NCBI GenBank assembly: GCA_030749415.1
Contig: JASMKC010000054.1
Coordinates: 16,232-80,231, forward strand
Direction: 5' to 3'
Length of the DNA stretch: 64,000 nt
Source of the DNA: Myxococcota bacterium
GTDB lineage: Bacteria; Myxococcota_A; UBA9160; SMWR01
The notes under the pieces are model-generated. The model worked only from the letters and a program-made list of their open reading frames with translations, was not told the DNA's origin and made no database searches. Made by a program: the position numbers and the translations under genes. Of the stretch, positions 1 through 9,388 are shown one piece after another (the stretch's first letter is position 1; each line of letters starts with the position of its first letter).

Positions 1-452
1 CGGGGTACCGGACCGTCATCGTTCACCACCGAGATCGAATCGAGAGCGTCGAGGCGAATGTCCTTGTCGGGATGGTTTTTCAACACCGTGCCGAGGGCAG
101 TGATGGCGCCGGATCCGCCGCGCTCCTCCAATTCTCTCATCGCTTCTTCGAGCGCAACGTCATCCCCACGCACCAGCGCGTCGTCGAGGCGGACCGCGCT
201 GGGGTCGACCCTCTCGAGCACCGCTTCGTCGGGCGCCTCTACCTCGGTGGAGGGCTTCGGAGGTGCCGGGTCGAGAAAATCATCAGTCTCGACCGCAGAT
301 TTCGGAAGATCCGGCTCCTGCAGATCGACGGTCTCGATGACAACGCTGGGAGGCGCCGGAATCTCGGCGTGCGGCTCCACACGCTGGGAATCGGAACAGG
401 CGAGGGCCAGGAGAGCGGCACCCGAAAGAAGCAGGTGGAGTCGTGTTTCCAT
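1..452 (-). CDS. Partial lipoprotein with HEAT-like repeat (C-terminus lies beyond the window start)
   Basis: Not in the ORF track because it has no stop inside the window. A reverse-strand ATG at 452..450 opens METRLHLLLSGAALLALACSDS (signal peptide plus lipobox LALAC), and the frame stays open to position 3. The distal part, AITALGTVLKNHPDKDIRLDALDSI, looks like a HEAT/PBS-lyase repeat. An in-frame upstream ATG at 545 is an alternative start. Confidence 0.55.
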   Translation of the reverse strand, partial: METRLHLLLSGAALLALACSDSQRVEPHAEIPAPPSVVIETVDLQEPDLPKSAVETDDFLDPAPPKPSTEVEAPDEAVLERVDPSAVRLDDALVRGDDVALEEAMRELEERGGSGAITALGTVLKNHPDKDIRLDALDSISVVNDDGPVP

Positions 453-709
453 GTCGCGTCTCCGCAAGGAGCACGCCAGCAGGGAACTGAGGGCGATCCA
501 GACGAGAACGAATAAATGGTCCTGCACGAATACCGGGTGGGGCATGGCCTCACGCACGGCGCCGACCAGCAGGAGTACCGCGAGCAAGCAGGGAACTACA
601 GAGGGCGATAAGATGCGCGGAATCACGAAGCACTCCTATGCGGCTCTGCCTGGAGCCTGCTGCCGGTGAGGTTAAACGCTTGCTCTCGCAGCCGAAAGGA
701 CCCCAACTG

Positions 710-1303
710 ATGAGCCATCCGCTTCGATTCCGTCCGCTTTTCCTGGCTTCCGGTCTTCTCACCCTCGTCGCATGCGCCACCCCGATGCGCATTCATTTCG
801 ACAGGGATCCCGGCACCAATTTCAGTGCCTTCCGCACCTTCGCGTGGATCGGGCCGGCGCCCCTGGCACGGGCCAAGCAGGGTTCCAAAACGAATAGCGC
901 CGTAAGCCCCCTCGATGACCGGAGAATCCGGGACGCTGTGAACCGCATCCTCGAGACCCGTGGCTATCAACTCGTCGATTCGCCCGCCAAGGCCGACATG
1001 GTGGTAGCGTACAGCGTCGGATCCGAGGACAAGGTGCGCGTGCACGAGACGCCGGGCATGATGCCAACCTACCCCTATCCGGCACGCTATCGATACGGGC
1101 CGTGGTACACCGGTTCCAATGTGAGCGTCCAACAGTACACGCAGGGCACGCTGACCCTGGAATTCTACGATCGAAAAAGCGAGCAGGCGATCTGGGTGGG
1201 CTGGGCGTCAAAACGCCTCTCTCCGAGAGACGATTCGCAGGAACTCATTGCCGAAGCCGTCACGAAGATACTGGCCAACTTTCCCACGAAGCCCAGAACC
1301 TGA
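710..1303 (+). CDS. DUF4136-type lipoprotein
   Basis: Part of ORF 638..1303. The internal ATG at 710 gives MSHPLRFRPLFLASGLLTLVAC (lipobox). FRTFAW and GTLTLEFYDRKSEQAIWVGWASKRL match the DUF4136 pattern as I remember it. Confidence 0.75.
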   Translation: MSHPLRFRPLFLASGLLTLVACATPMRIHFDRDPGTNFSAFRTFAWIGPAPLARAKQGSKTNSAVSPLDDRRIRDAVNRILETRGYQLVDSPAKADMVVAYSVGSEDKVRVHETPGMMPTYPYPARYRYGPWYTGSNVSVQQYTQGTLTLEFYDRKSEQAIWVGWASKRLSPRDDSQELIAEAVTKILANFPTKPRT

Positions 1304-1735
1304 AGCGTCAGAAGACAGCGAGGGGCTCCCCGAAAGATCCCGGTCCAGGGGCGCCGAGTCCGGGTTCTCCCCTTTTCTGCCCTACCGCCGTGATCGCGCA
1401 GAAAGAGGCTCACCCGCCGGCCAAAACGGCCTCCGAGCCGGCTGTCGAGAAATGAACCGAGGATGTAGCCGATGAGTCCACTGGTGATGGTCAGACCGGA
1501 ATCCGGTCGAGTCGAGACACGAGGGCTGCACCCGAGACAGGCGGCGGACTTACCAGCGGGTTTTCTTTTTGCGAAGCCTCATTCCAGACATTTCAGGATG
1601 TGAACCCGGATATTCCCCGCGGACGTTTCGGTTGCCTGCCTCGAGCACTCGTTTCCGCCGCGACGCGTGGCGGCGAATCCGGCGGTGCAGAATAATTTCG
1701 GGGTCGTCCTGTATTCTGCCGCCCGAGGAAGGCTT

Positions 1736-3059
1736 GTGGTGAAGGACCTCATTTCCTGGTTGACCGCCCGGGACGTGAACTTCGTCCGGGTGGGGCGGGT
1801 GGACAGTGGCGGTGTCTTGCGCGTCGAGGCTCAGACAATAAGACACCTGGCCTCGGCGCTGGAGAACGGGCTCCCCATGGTCCCGGCCGTCCAGGCGGCG
1901 CTGCCGCTCAACGGCGTGGCGGACATCCCCGAACTCTCTGCCGTGGGCCAGGTATGGCTGGTTCCCGATCTGGAGACTGCGCGTGTGCTCCCCTGGGAGC
2001 CGAATCACGCCAGTTGCCTGGGGAGTTTCGTGGAAACCGGCGGAACCCCATGGACCCATTGTCCGCGGGCGGCGCTCGATCGCGCAGTCGCAGCGCTCGC
2101 CGCGAGAGGACTCGTGATGCAAGCCGCCTTCGCGGCACGAATTCATGCTCCTGCGCCGTGAAGACGGGAGGCTCAACCATTTCGAAAACTCCGGCTACGC
2201 GAGCGCCCACGGTCTAGACCACGCCGGGCCGATTCTCGACCGTATGGCACTCGCTCTGGAGGACCAAGACGTCTCCGTCCGGGCAGTTCTGAAAGAGGCC
2301 GGGCGCTCCCAGTACGAATTCGCCACCGATCACGGACAGGCTCTCGAAGCCGCGAACCATTTCTGTATCGTGCGCGAAACGATCGGAGCCATCGCCGCGT
2401 CGGAGGGCCTGGTCGGTACGTGCTTGCCACTCGTCTTCGAGCGCGAAGCCGGAAACGGCTGGCACATGCACTTCAGCCTCTTGCGTGACGGTGTGAACCT
2501 GACCGGACGGGGCGACCGACTGGGAAGTGAGGCGGAGGCCTTCGTCGCCGGCATCTTCGATCACCTGCCGGCACTGCTCAGTCTGACGGCCGCATCGCCG
2601 AATTCTTTCCGGCGCATTCGCCCGGGAGCCTGGTGTGGCGCCTTTCGCGCCTGGGGCTACGACCACAAGGAAGCTCCGCTGCGCGTTCCCACCGAACGCC
2701 GCGGGGCGCCCACCAACGTGGAGTTCAAGAGCTGCGATGCGACGCTGAATCCCTACCTGGCGCTCGCAGGCGTGATCGCCGCCGGTCTCGACGGAATCGA
2801 TCGCGCACTCGTGCTGCCGGAACCCATCGATCGGGACCCCGCGCTCCTATCCGAAGCCGAGCGGCAGGCCCGCGGCATCGACCGACTGCCCACCAACCTG
2901 GGAGAGGCGATCGACCTGCTCCGCGCCGACAGCGCCTTGGAGGCCATGCTCGAGGTGCCGCTGGTGCGCTCGTATGCCGCCGTAAAGCGAGGGGAGATCG
3001 ACGCACTCGAAGGCGTCTCTTTCGAAGAAGAGGTCGATCGCCTGATCGAGGTCTATTGA
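1736..3059 (+). pseudogene. Glutamine synthetase-family (GlnA-like) gene split into two ORFs by a frameshift
   Basis: ORF 1667..2161 carries an N-terminal beta-grasp-like part (VKDLISWLTARDVNFVRVGRVDSGGVLRVEA). Its likely start is GTG 1736, preceded by GAGGAAGG. ORF 2145..3059 carries the catalytic domain (HEFMLL, NGWHMHFSL, RIRPGAWCGAFRAWGYDHKEAPLRVP, NVEFKSCDATLNPYLA). The two frames overlap at 2118..2161. Confidence 0.7.
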
Positions 3060-3377
3060 CCCTCGCCGCGCGGGCCCCTGCCCCGCATCCCCCAGCGCCC
3101 ATCGAGAGAACAGATGGCTGGCGCGAAACGACCAACGTCGAAGCACGCCCCCAGCCAGAAAGCGCAGGGATTTAACCCCAAATCTGGGCATCCGGATCGC
3201 CGATTCTGTTCGCCATAATTAGCGAATCGAATCTGCCAGAAGCTCTTTGAGCGCTGTCGCGCGCCCTGAGGTCTCCTGAATCGTGGCCCAGTTATTGCAT
3301 TTAGATTCTTTCAGCAAATCAAATAGGTCCGAGCCAATGGCAGTTCCGAAGCGCTCGCCGATCTCAACGAACGGAGA

Positions 3378-3947
3378 TTGAAACCCATGGCAATGGCAGT
3401 CACGACGGTCAGGGGAGAGAACAAGATGCGCACCGGCAACAAACCGCCGCCCGCTCTGGAACTCAGCGACGAGATACGGCTCGGGCTGCGCCTGCTGGCA
3501 AAGCTGGCCCGCATTGCCGAGCAGGCATGTCAGTCCACCGGCATCAGCCTGCCTCAGTACCGGCTCCTCTCGGAGATCGCGACGAGTCCGAGCCGGGCCA
3601 GCCATCTGGCGACCCGGCTCGGGGTGACCCGACCCACGCTGACGTCGCTGGTCAACGGGCTAGAACACGCAGGGCTGATGGTGCGCGTACCGGTGCTGAC
3701 GGACCGCCGGGGCATCCAGCTTCGTGCCACGAACGAGGGCCTCGCCGCGGTCTCGCGTGCCGAGACAGCACTCGCCGAGCGCATGAGGGGTCTGGCGAGT
3801 CCGGCGCACCTGACCGATGTCACCAGCCTCGCCCGGCACATGAGCAACACCCTGGCGCAGCAAGCCGCGTCTTCGAAAAAAACCAGTGGGCGCCCTCGCC
3901 ACTCCAAAGACAGGAAGTTCAAGCTGCGTTTCCCCACCGTTGGATGA
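3378..3947 (+). CDS. MarR-family transcriptional regulator
   Basis: ORF 3378..3947. The winged-helix region reads ISLPQYRLLSEIATSPSRASHLATRLGVTRPTLTSLVNGLEHAGLMVRVPVLTDRRGIQLRATNEG. The start is uncertain: ATG 3426 has GGGGAGAG upstream, and ATG 3387 is also possible. The C-terminal tail is encoded by the left arm of the inverted repeat. Confidence 0.85.
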   Translation: MKPMAMAVTTVRGENKMRTGNKPPPALELSDEIRLGLRLLAKLARIAEQACQSTGISLPQYRLLSEIATSPSRASHLATRLGVTRPTLTSLVNGLEHAGLMVRVPVLTDRRGIQLRATNEGLAAVSRAETALAERMRGLASPAHLTDVTSLARHMSNTLAQQAASSKKTSGRPRHSKDRKFKLRFPTVG

Positions 3948-4067
3948 GTAGACAGCCGTCCTGCACGGACTGGGCGAATACCCCTAACCCCACCAACTTG
4001 CCCGGTTCTCGAGCAGTACTCTCTCTGCCCGCCACTCGGAAGGGAAACGCAGCTTGAACTTCCTGTC
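3909..4067. repeat. 26-bp perfect terminal inverted repeats flanking 107 bp (MITE-like element or long hairpin)
   Basis: gacaggaagttcaagctgcgtttccc at 3909..3934 is the exact reverse complement of gggaaacgcagcttgaacttcctgtc at 4042..4067. I saw no target-site duplication. The element sits between the convergent marR and MAPEG genes. Confidence 0.8.
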
Positions 4068-4255
4068 GGTGTGACCGTACGGATCCAGAACCCGTCACAC
4101 GGCCTCCTCTTCAGAGCGGGCCTCGCTGCCGAGCATCGCTGCGAACGCTCTCCAACCGAACGCGACACCGTGGAAAGCGAACCCGGCGGGGACATTTTGC
4201 GTCCGCGACAACCCGTTTTCGAGTTCAGGTAGTCCGGACTGCTGGTTCTTGCGCC

Positions 4256-4636
4256 CTAGAAGAAGAAGATCCCGATGGCACAGCCCGTTGCAGCCAGGAA
4301 AGCCAGCGAGCGCAGGACGTCGAGATTGGCGAGATAGCAGACCCCGTGAAGGATCCGTGCGGCGACCCAAACCGCGGCAAGAATCGATGCGGTCTCGCCG
4401 CTCCCACCGCGCGCGGTGTGAACCAGCACCGCAGCGGTAAAGAATGCCAGTGCCTCCCACGCGTTCTGTTGAGCCGCCACCGCACGTGCCCCGGCGCCCT
4501 CGAGCTGGGCGGATTGCACACGCGGATGCTTGTTGTCCATGCTCCCGAACTGCTGCACGCGGAAGTAGCCGCCGACCCAGGACAGTACGATGGGCAGCAA
4601 GGCGCCGATGAAGAGACAGAAAAGCAAAATGGACAT
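4256..4636 (-). CDS. MAPEG-family membrane protein
   Basis: ORF of 126 aa with hydrophobic helices. KHPRVQSAQLEGAGARAVAAQQNAWEALAFF and ARILHGVCYLANLDVLRSLAF fit the MAPEG (glutathione-transferase-like membrane protein) pattern. Confidence 0.8.
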   Translation of the reverse strand: MSILLFCLFIGALLPIVLSWVGGYFRVQQFGSMDNKHPRVQSAQLEGAGARAVAAQQNAWEALAFFTAAVLVHTARGGSGETASILAAVWVAARILHGVCYLANLDVLRSLAFLAATGCAIGIFFF

Positions 4637-4826
4637 TGGACCCCCTCGGTAACCAACGGTTCAGGAATAAGAGCAGCGGAGCCCCACCCGCGCAGAAACA
4701 GCGTAGCGGAGAAGAGCCAGCCCGCAGAAGCCCGCGTGCGGACGATGAGACGAAAGCTTCGGTCTGACCTTCATCCGGCAGACGGCGAGCGAATTGAAGC
4801 TCGGCTAGCGATTCACTTTCGCGGGC

Positions 4827-5645
4827 CTATTTTCCCTTGAAGACCGGCTTTCGCTTTTCGATCCACCAGGCTCGCGCGCCTTCTTCGTAGTCTTCGGTCT
4901 TGAAGCCGTGGACGAGGGCTGCGTCCTCCCGCTCGACCTGCGTTGCGATGCTGGTTTCGTGCAGACCCCGATAGATGAGCCGCTTCGTCAGCTCCATTCC
5001 AATCGGTCCGTTTCCGGCGATCTTCCGGGCAAATTCCATGGCTGTGTTCAAGACCTCTTCGGCGGGCACCGCTCGGTTCACCAGACCGATCCGCTCCGCC
5101 TCGGCCCCATCGACGAGGTCGCCGGTCATCAGCAATTCGCAGGCTTTCGTCAACCCGACGATGCGAGGCAGCGTGTAGGTGATGCCGCCTTCGGGCGGCA
5201 GGGCATAGCGGTGGGTCGAAGCCATTCCAAAGGTCGCATCGGTCGCGATCACACGAAGATCGCACGCCATCGCGAGGGCAAAGCCACCGCCGACAGCCGG
5301 ACCATTGATCGCCGCGATCGTGGGCTTCTCCAGTTGGCTCACCTCGACGCCAAACCAACCGATCGGCTCCATGCGGTGGCGCCGGCCGTCCTCCTCGACA
5401 GCTCCGGGAACCGGCTTCCCCATGGCGAGGGCGATCAACATCTCGGTGTCGGCCCCGGTGCAGAACCCGCGACCCCGACCGGTGAGAACGAGCACCCGGA
5501 CATCGTCGTCGCGGCGGACCTCTTCGATCGCCCTCGAGAAGGATTCGAGCATCTTGCCCGTCATCGCGTTGAGCTTTTCCGGGTTGTCGAGCGTGATCGT
5601 CGCGATGTGGTCGGCCTTCTCGTACGTCAGTTCGTGATACCCCAT
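4827..5645 (-). CDS. Enoyl-CoA hydratase/isomerase (crotonase) family protein
   Basis: ORF of 272 aa. ITLDNPEKLNAMT, VLVLTGRGRGFCTGADT and AAINGPAVGGGFALAMACDLRV are crotonase-fold signatures. Confidence 0.9.
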   Translation of the reverse strand: MGYHELTYEKADHIATITLDNPEKLNAMTGKMLESFSRAIEEVRRDDDVRVLVLTGRGRGFCTGADTEMLIALAMGKPVPGAVEEDGRRHRMEPIGWFGVEVSQLEKPTIAAINGPAVGGGFALAMACDLRVIATDATFGMASTHRYALPPEGGITYTLPRIVGLTKACELLMTGDLVDGAEAERIGLVNRAVPAEEVLNTAMEFARKIAGNGPIGMELTKRLIYRGLHETSIATQVEREDAALVHGFKTEDYEEGARAWWIEKRKPVFKGK

Positions 5646-5796
5646 CTACTCTCTCCATCCCAGTGCCTGGTACCGGATCCCGCCGACCGAACCCGGCCTG
5701 ATCCGATTTGCCTTTGCGAAGGCAGTGATCGGCGCTTTCCGGCGCCGGAGACGGGCCCGGGGGCATTGTGTCATACTTCTCGAAACGGAGGCCCCC

Positions 5797-6975
5797 ATGG
5801 GAAACAAGAGCCCCGAGAAGGCAACCGCGACGCTCGCGGACACCTCGCAATCCAATGCGTCGAGCGATGCAGCAGCCGGCGCTTTTGCCGATCTGGCCGA
5901 GCAGCTCCTCAAGATCGAGGCCGGCTACATCGGCTCCCATCGCGACATGGAGACATCCGAGGGCCGGTCTGCCGGGCGTTACCTGCTTGCGAATGCGCTT
6001 CAACACGGCTTCCAATGCTGTTTCGATATGGATCCCAAGCGCCCGGTGTTCCACCGCTGGTTGAGCCCGACCAAGAAGCTGCTCGGCGACAATCCCGACG
6101 CCCTCTACTACGGCGCCATCACCGATCCCGCAGGCACCTACCGCATTCGCGGCAACGTTCACGGCGCCTGCTACACCTCGTTCAGCGTCGAAGCCGGAAC
6201 CGCAGACGGGCAGATGTCGAAGGGCGTGATCTCGACCCTGAACGACACGGAATTCGACGTGGCTGCAGACGGCAGCTACGAGATCATCGCAAGTCCCGAA
6301 CCCCAGTCGAGCAACTGGCTACGGCTCGAGCCGGACGCCGGCTCCATCACGACCCGCCACTACTGGGAATGGGAACGCAGCGCAGCAGCAGACCCGACCT
6401 TCCACGTGCCTCTCTGGATCGAGCCGATCGAAGATCCCGGACCCGCGCCGCCGATGGATGATGCCGCAGTGGCTGCCGGTATCCGGCGGGTGATCAACTT
6501 CGCACGCGCCCTGACGATCGACTTCCCGGACATCTCCCCCGAGGTGATGCCCGCATGGGTCTCCAGTGAAGTCAATCAATTCGACAACTCGTCGTACGAC
6601 GCAAGCAACACGGAAATCGGCTACGCGGCGAAGGACAATGCCTACCTCCAGACCCGTTACGAACTCGAACCGGACCAGGCCCTGGTCATGCGGGGCCGTT
6701 TCCCTCGCTGCCGTTTCGCGAACGTGGTGCTCTGGAATCGCCGCCTGCAGACACCCCCATACCGGTACCGCCGAGTCTCGCTGAACCGCCGCCAGGTCCA
6801 CTACGCAGCCGACGGCAGCTTCGAAATTGTCGTAGCCCACCGCGACCCCGGCGTGCCGAACTGGATCGATCCCGCAGGCATTCGCGAGGGAATGATCTTC
6901 TGGCGCTTCCTGCTTCCGGATGAGCAGACACCGCCGATCGAAGCCGAAGTGGTGGACGTCGGCTCTCTGGGTTGA
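5797..6975 (+). CDS. DUF1214-domain protein
   Basis: Within ORF 5725..6975. ATG 5797 is preceded by ACGGAGG. DNAYLQTRYELEPDQALVMRGRFP, ANVVLWN and PNWIDPAGIREGMIFWRFLLP resemble DUF1214 family proteins. Confidence 0.75.
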   Translation: MGNKSPEKATATLADTSQSNASSDAAAGAFADLAEQLLKIEAGYIGSHRDMETSEGRSAGRYLLANALQHGFQCCFDMDPKRPVFHRWLSPTKKLLGDNPDALYYGAITDPAGTYRIRGNVHGACYTSFSVEAGTADGQMSKGVISTLNDTEFDVAADGSYEIIASPEPQSSNWLRLEPDAGSITTRHYWEWERSAAADPTFHVPLWIEPIEDPGPAPPMDDAAVAAGIRRVINFARALTIDFPDISPEVMPAWVSSEVNQFDNSSYDASNTEIGYAAKDNAYLQTRYELEPDQALVMRGRFPRCRFANVVLWNRRLQTPPYRYRRVSLNRRQVHYAADGSFEIVVAHRDPGVPNWIDPAGIREGMIFWRFLLPDEQTPPIEAEVVDVGSLG

Positions 6976-7026
6976 CGCCGCGCCGGGGCGAGACCGGAAT
7001 GCGGCCGCAACGCGGGTCGCCTCGGG

Positions 7027-7482
7027 TCAGAAATAGTACGGCTCCAGGCGGTTCAACAGATCCTGGACCGGTGCGATCTTCTCGTCCATGAACGTGGTGG
7101 TCATGACCCCAGATCCGTACCGATTGGCGTCCCGGACCTGGGTCCGGATCTTATCCGCGATGGGAAGGGTCTCCTCGTAGCCAGCGCCTGCATCTGTCCG
7201 GGAACGCAGTTGCCGCGCCGACTTCTTGAGCCGGTTGACGGACTCCCAGAGGCCTTTGGCATTGCGGCCTCCACGCTCGGTAGCCGCAGCGAGGTGCGGC
7301 TCCCGCCGGAGCGTCTTTTCGAGGGCCTGGACCGCATCGGCCAACTCGGTGGCAAGGGCCGTTACTTTGGCCTGGTCCCACTCCTGTCGTGCACCCGCAG
7401 TCGGCGCTACCGCGAATATGAGGGCCAGAACGACGAGCGGAATCCCCAGGCCGACCGCGAATCGTCGGAAATCAGATCTCAT
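7027..7482 (-). CDS. Hypothetical exported alpha-helical protein
   Basis: ORF 7027..7755 trimmed to ATG 7482, which has GGGGAGG upstream. It begins MRSDFRRFAVGLGIPLVVLALIFAVAPTAGA (signal peptide). I recognise no family. Confidence 0.6.
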   Translation of the reverse strand: MRSDFRRFAVGLGIPLVVLALIFAVAPTAGARQEWDQAKVTALATELADAVQALEKTLRREPHLAAATERGGRNAKGLWESVNRLKKSARQLRSRTDAGAGYEETLPIADKIRTQVRDANRYGSGVMTTTFMDEKIAPVQDLLNRLEPYYF

Positions 7483-7811
7483 CCCGCCTCCCCACAGTTG
7501 AGGTCTCATGACGGCACTCCTCTCAGGAACGCCGCGATGAGAATACCCGACCTCACCCACCAAGCCTCCCCGGCCGCACCGCGAGCGGCGACCTGCAGCT
7601 TCACTCGCGCGCCCAGCGTGATCCTGCGTCCCACCGGCACCCTGCAGGTCTGGGCCACATCGAGCGCATTCCGGGAAAGAAAGGCGTTGCGCCCGCCACG
7701 CGTCTCGCGGAACTCCCCGCTGTGTGGTCCGCAGACGAGTTGCTCCGTGCAACACCTCGAGCCCGAACGAAACGGGGCCGATCGCAGTCCGGGATTCGAT
7801 CGACCGAGAAC

Positions 7812-8630
7812 CTACGGGGTGATCCGCGCCACCTCACGCCCCGCCTTCACGCCCAGCAGCGTGCCTTCCTCGATCGGGTCCCAGTCGCCCCGGCTCAGCG
7901 GAACGCTGGCGAAGAGCAGAACCTCCTGGTCCGGACAGTCGACCTGGAGTCCGCCCACGTCCACTCCCTGACCCGACAGGTAGCGTTCGATCGTCCGCAC
8001 GTGGAGCCCGGGCGCCCGCGGCTCACTGCACTCTCCGTTCTCTTCCCAGCGTCGCTTGTGTGCGTGCACGAACAGCACGTCTCCGTCGTAGTAAAGGAAG
8101 TTTGCTTGCCCCAGCCTGCGCGCGTCCATCGCAAAGCCCGAGACGATTTCCATCCGCTCGCCCAACGAAGGCATTCCATTCTTCCACCACGCATCGTGTA
8201 GACGCTCGAGCAGTACACAGAAGGCATGCTCCGAATCAGTGTCTCCAATCGGCCGGTACAATTCCTGCTTCAGCGGCAGGCCATCGCAAAACCCGTCCAG
8301 CGAGCCGTTGTGCGCGAAAACGTGGCGCCGCCCGCCCAGCTCACGATCGAAGGGGTGCGTGTTTTCGAGCCGGACGGCCCCCCGCGATGCCAATCGCACG
8401 TGGGCCATGACGCAGTCGCTTCGCAAGTACTGCTCCGCAACGAAGCTCACCCACGGGCTCGAGGCGGCAGGTGCCGCCTCCTTGATGAGGCGCGCTTCTC
8501 CCCCCTCGTAATAGGAAATTCCCCAGCCGTCCTTATTCCCCGCTGTCAGCCCTCCATGCTTCGAGAACTCCTCCAGCGAATACTTCACGCTGGCGGCCGC
8601 ATTGCTCGACATGGCGAAGAGTTCACACAT
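7812..8630 (-). CDS. yafJ: Class II (Ntn-type) glutamine amidotransferase, YafJ-like
   Basis: ORF of 272 aa starting MCELFAMSSN (catalytic Cys2). DGWGISYYEGG, VMAHVRLASRG, ENTHPF, FAHNG and GDTDSEHAFC are colinear with E. coli YafJ as I recall it. Confidence 0.85.
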   Translation of the reverse strand: MCELFAMSSNAAASVKYSLEEFSKHGGLTAGNKDGWGISYYEGGEARLIKEAAPAASSPWVSFVAEQYLRSDCVMAHVRLASRGAVRLENTHPFDRELGGRRHVFAHNGSLDGFCDGLPLKQELYRPIGDTDSEHAFCVLLERLHDAWWKNGMPSLGERMEIVSGFAMDARRLGQANFLYYDGDVLFVHAHKRRWEENGECSEPRAPGLHVRTIERYLSGQGVDVGGLQVDCPDQEVLLFASVPLSRGDWDPIEEGTLLGVKAGREVARITP

Positions 8631-8707
8631 CGGGAGTCATGCTAACAGCGTGTCCGTGCCATGCGCGAGTCCCAACTGCGGTCTCACGGCGCGAGGCACC
8701 CTTGGAA

Positions 8708-9355
8708 TCAGGAACCGGGCGAAGACGCCGCCCCCCCTGCTTGGCAGCCCTCCATGACCTCAACGATTTCCTCCCGAAGCGCCTCGTACTCTCGCGACAC
8801 TTCCCCGAGCCAGGTCTTGCGTTCTTCATTCGAGTCGACCTTGGCAGTCTGGTCGGCGATCACCGCGACCATTCGCATCGCCTGGGCCTGGAGCAGCATG
8901 AAACGCGTGTCGAACGTCCCGTCGGAAAAGATCATCTCGTAGGTACCCAGCCCTTTCGCCGAAGCCTGGATTGCATCGCCGAAAGGACTCGGGGGCGGAT
9001 TCCCGGTCACATCCGGACGAAGCTTCCGAAGCTTCCCCAGTTGCGCCCCTCGCTGCTTCGAGACCTTGCTGATTCGGCCCATGAGATCTGCAACTTCCTT
9101 CGCTGGCCCGTGCAACGTGATCTCCCGCATGAACTTCAGCCAGCCGATGGAGGACTCGTCGGACAGCGACTGCGCGAGCAACTTGTAGCCGATCAGGGAA
9201 TCTCCATGGTCGTTTTCCGCTGCCTGAGCCGCGACCACATCCACCAGAATGGCCGTAACGAGGAGCAAACCGAACCGGACGCAGGCAGCCGAGACGTTCG
9301 GGTGTCGGGCGGGCACCGAGCAGTTTTGAAATCTATGCGGTGCTTTCATTTTCAT
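8708..9355 (-). CDS. Hypothetical exported protein
   Basis: ORF of 215 aa with a hydrophobic N-terminal segment (VRFGLLLVTAILVDVVAAQAAE). The rest is helical and charged. I recognise no family. Confidence 0.6.
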   Translation of the reverse strand: MKMKAPHRFQNCSVPARHPNVSAACVRFGLLLVTAILVDVVAAQAAENDHGDSLIGYKLLAQSLSDESSIGWLKFMREITLHGPAKEVADLMGRISKVSKQRGAQLGKLRKLRPDVTGNPPPSPFGDAIQASAKGLGTYEMIFSDGTFDTRFMLLQAQAMRMVAVIADQTAKVDSNEERKTWLGEVSREYEALREEIVEVMEGCQAGGAASSPGS

Positions 9356-9388
9356 TGTGATCTCCCTACGGAAAACCGGAAACGCTGC

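Noticed and set aside
1413-1590. Minus-strand reading resembling a small lipoprotein (KRKPAGKSAACLGCSPRV...GLTITSGLIGYILGSFLDS)
   Set aside because: No ATG, GTG or TTG lies between the upstream in-frame TGA and the lipobox. The frame then runs antisense into the DUF4136 gene as non-protein-like sequence. It would need an unsupported frameshift in the a-rich run near 1565 to connect to the nearby ATG.
1550-2176. 208-aa minus-strand ORF
   Set aside because: It is antisense to the GS N-terminal domain ORF and has no motifs. The plus-strand frame has GS-like sequence and an SD-supported start.
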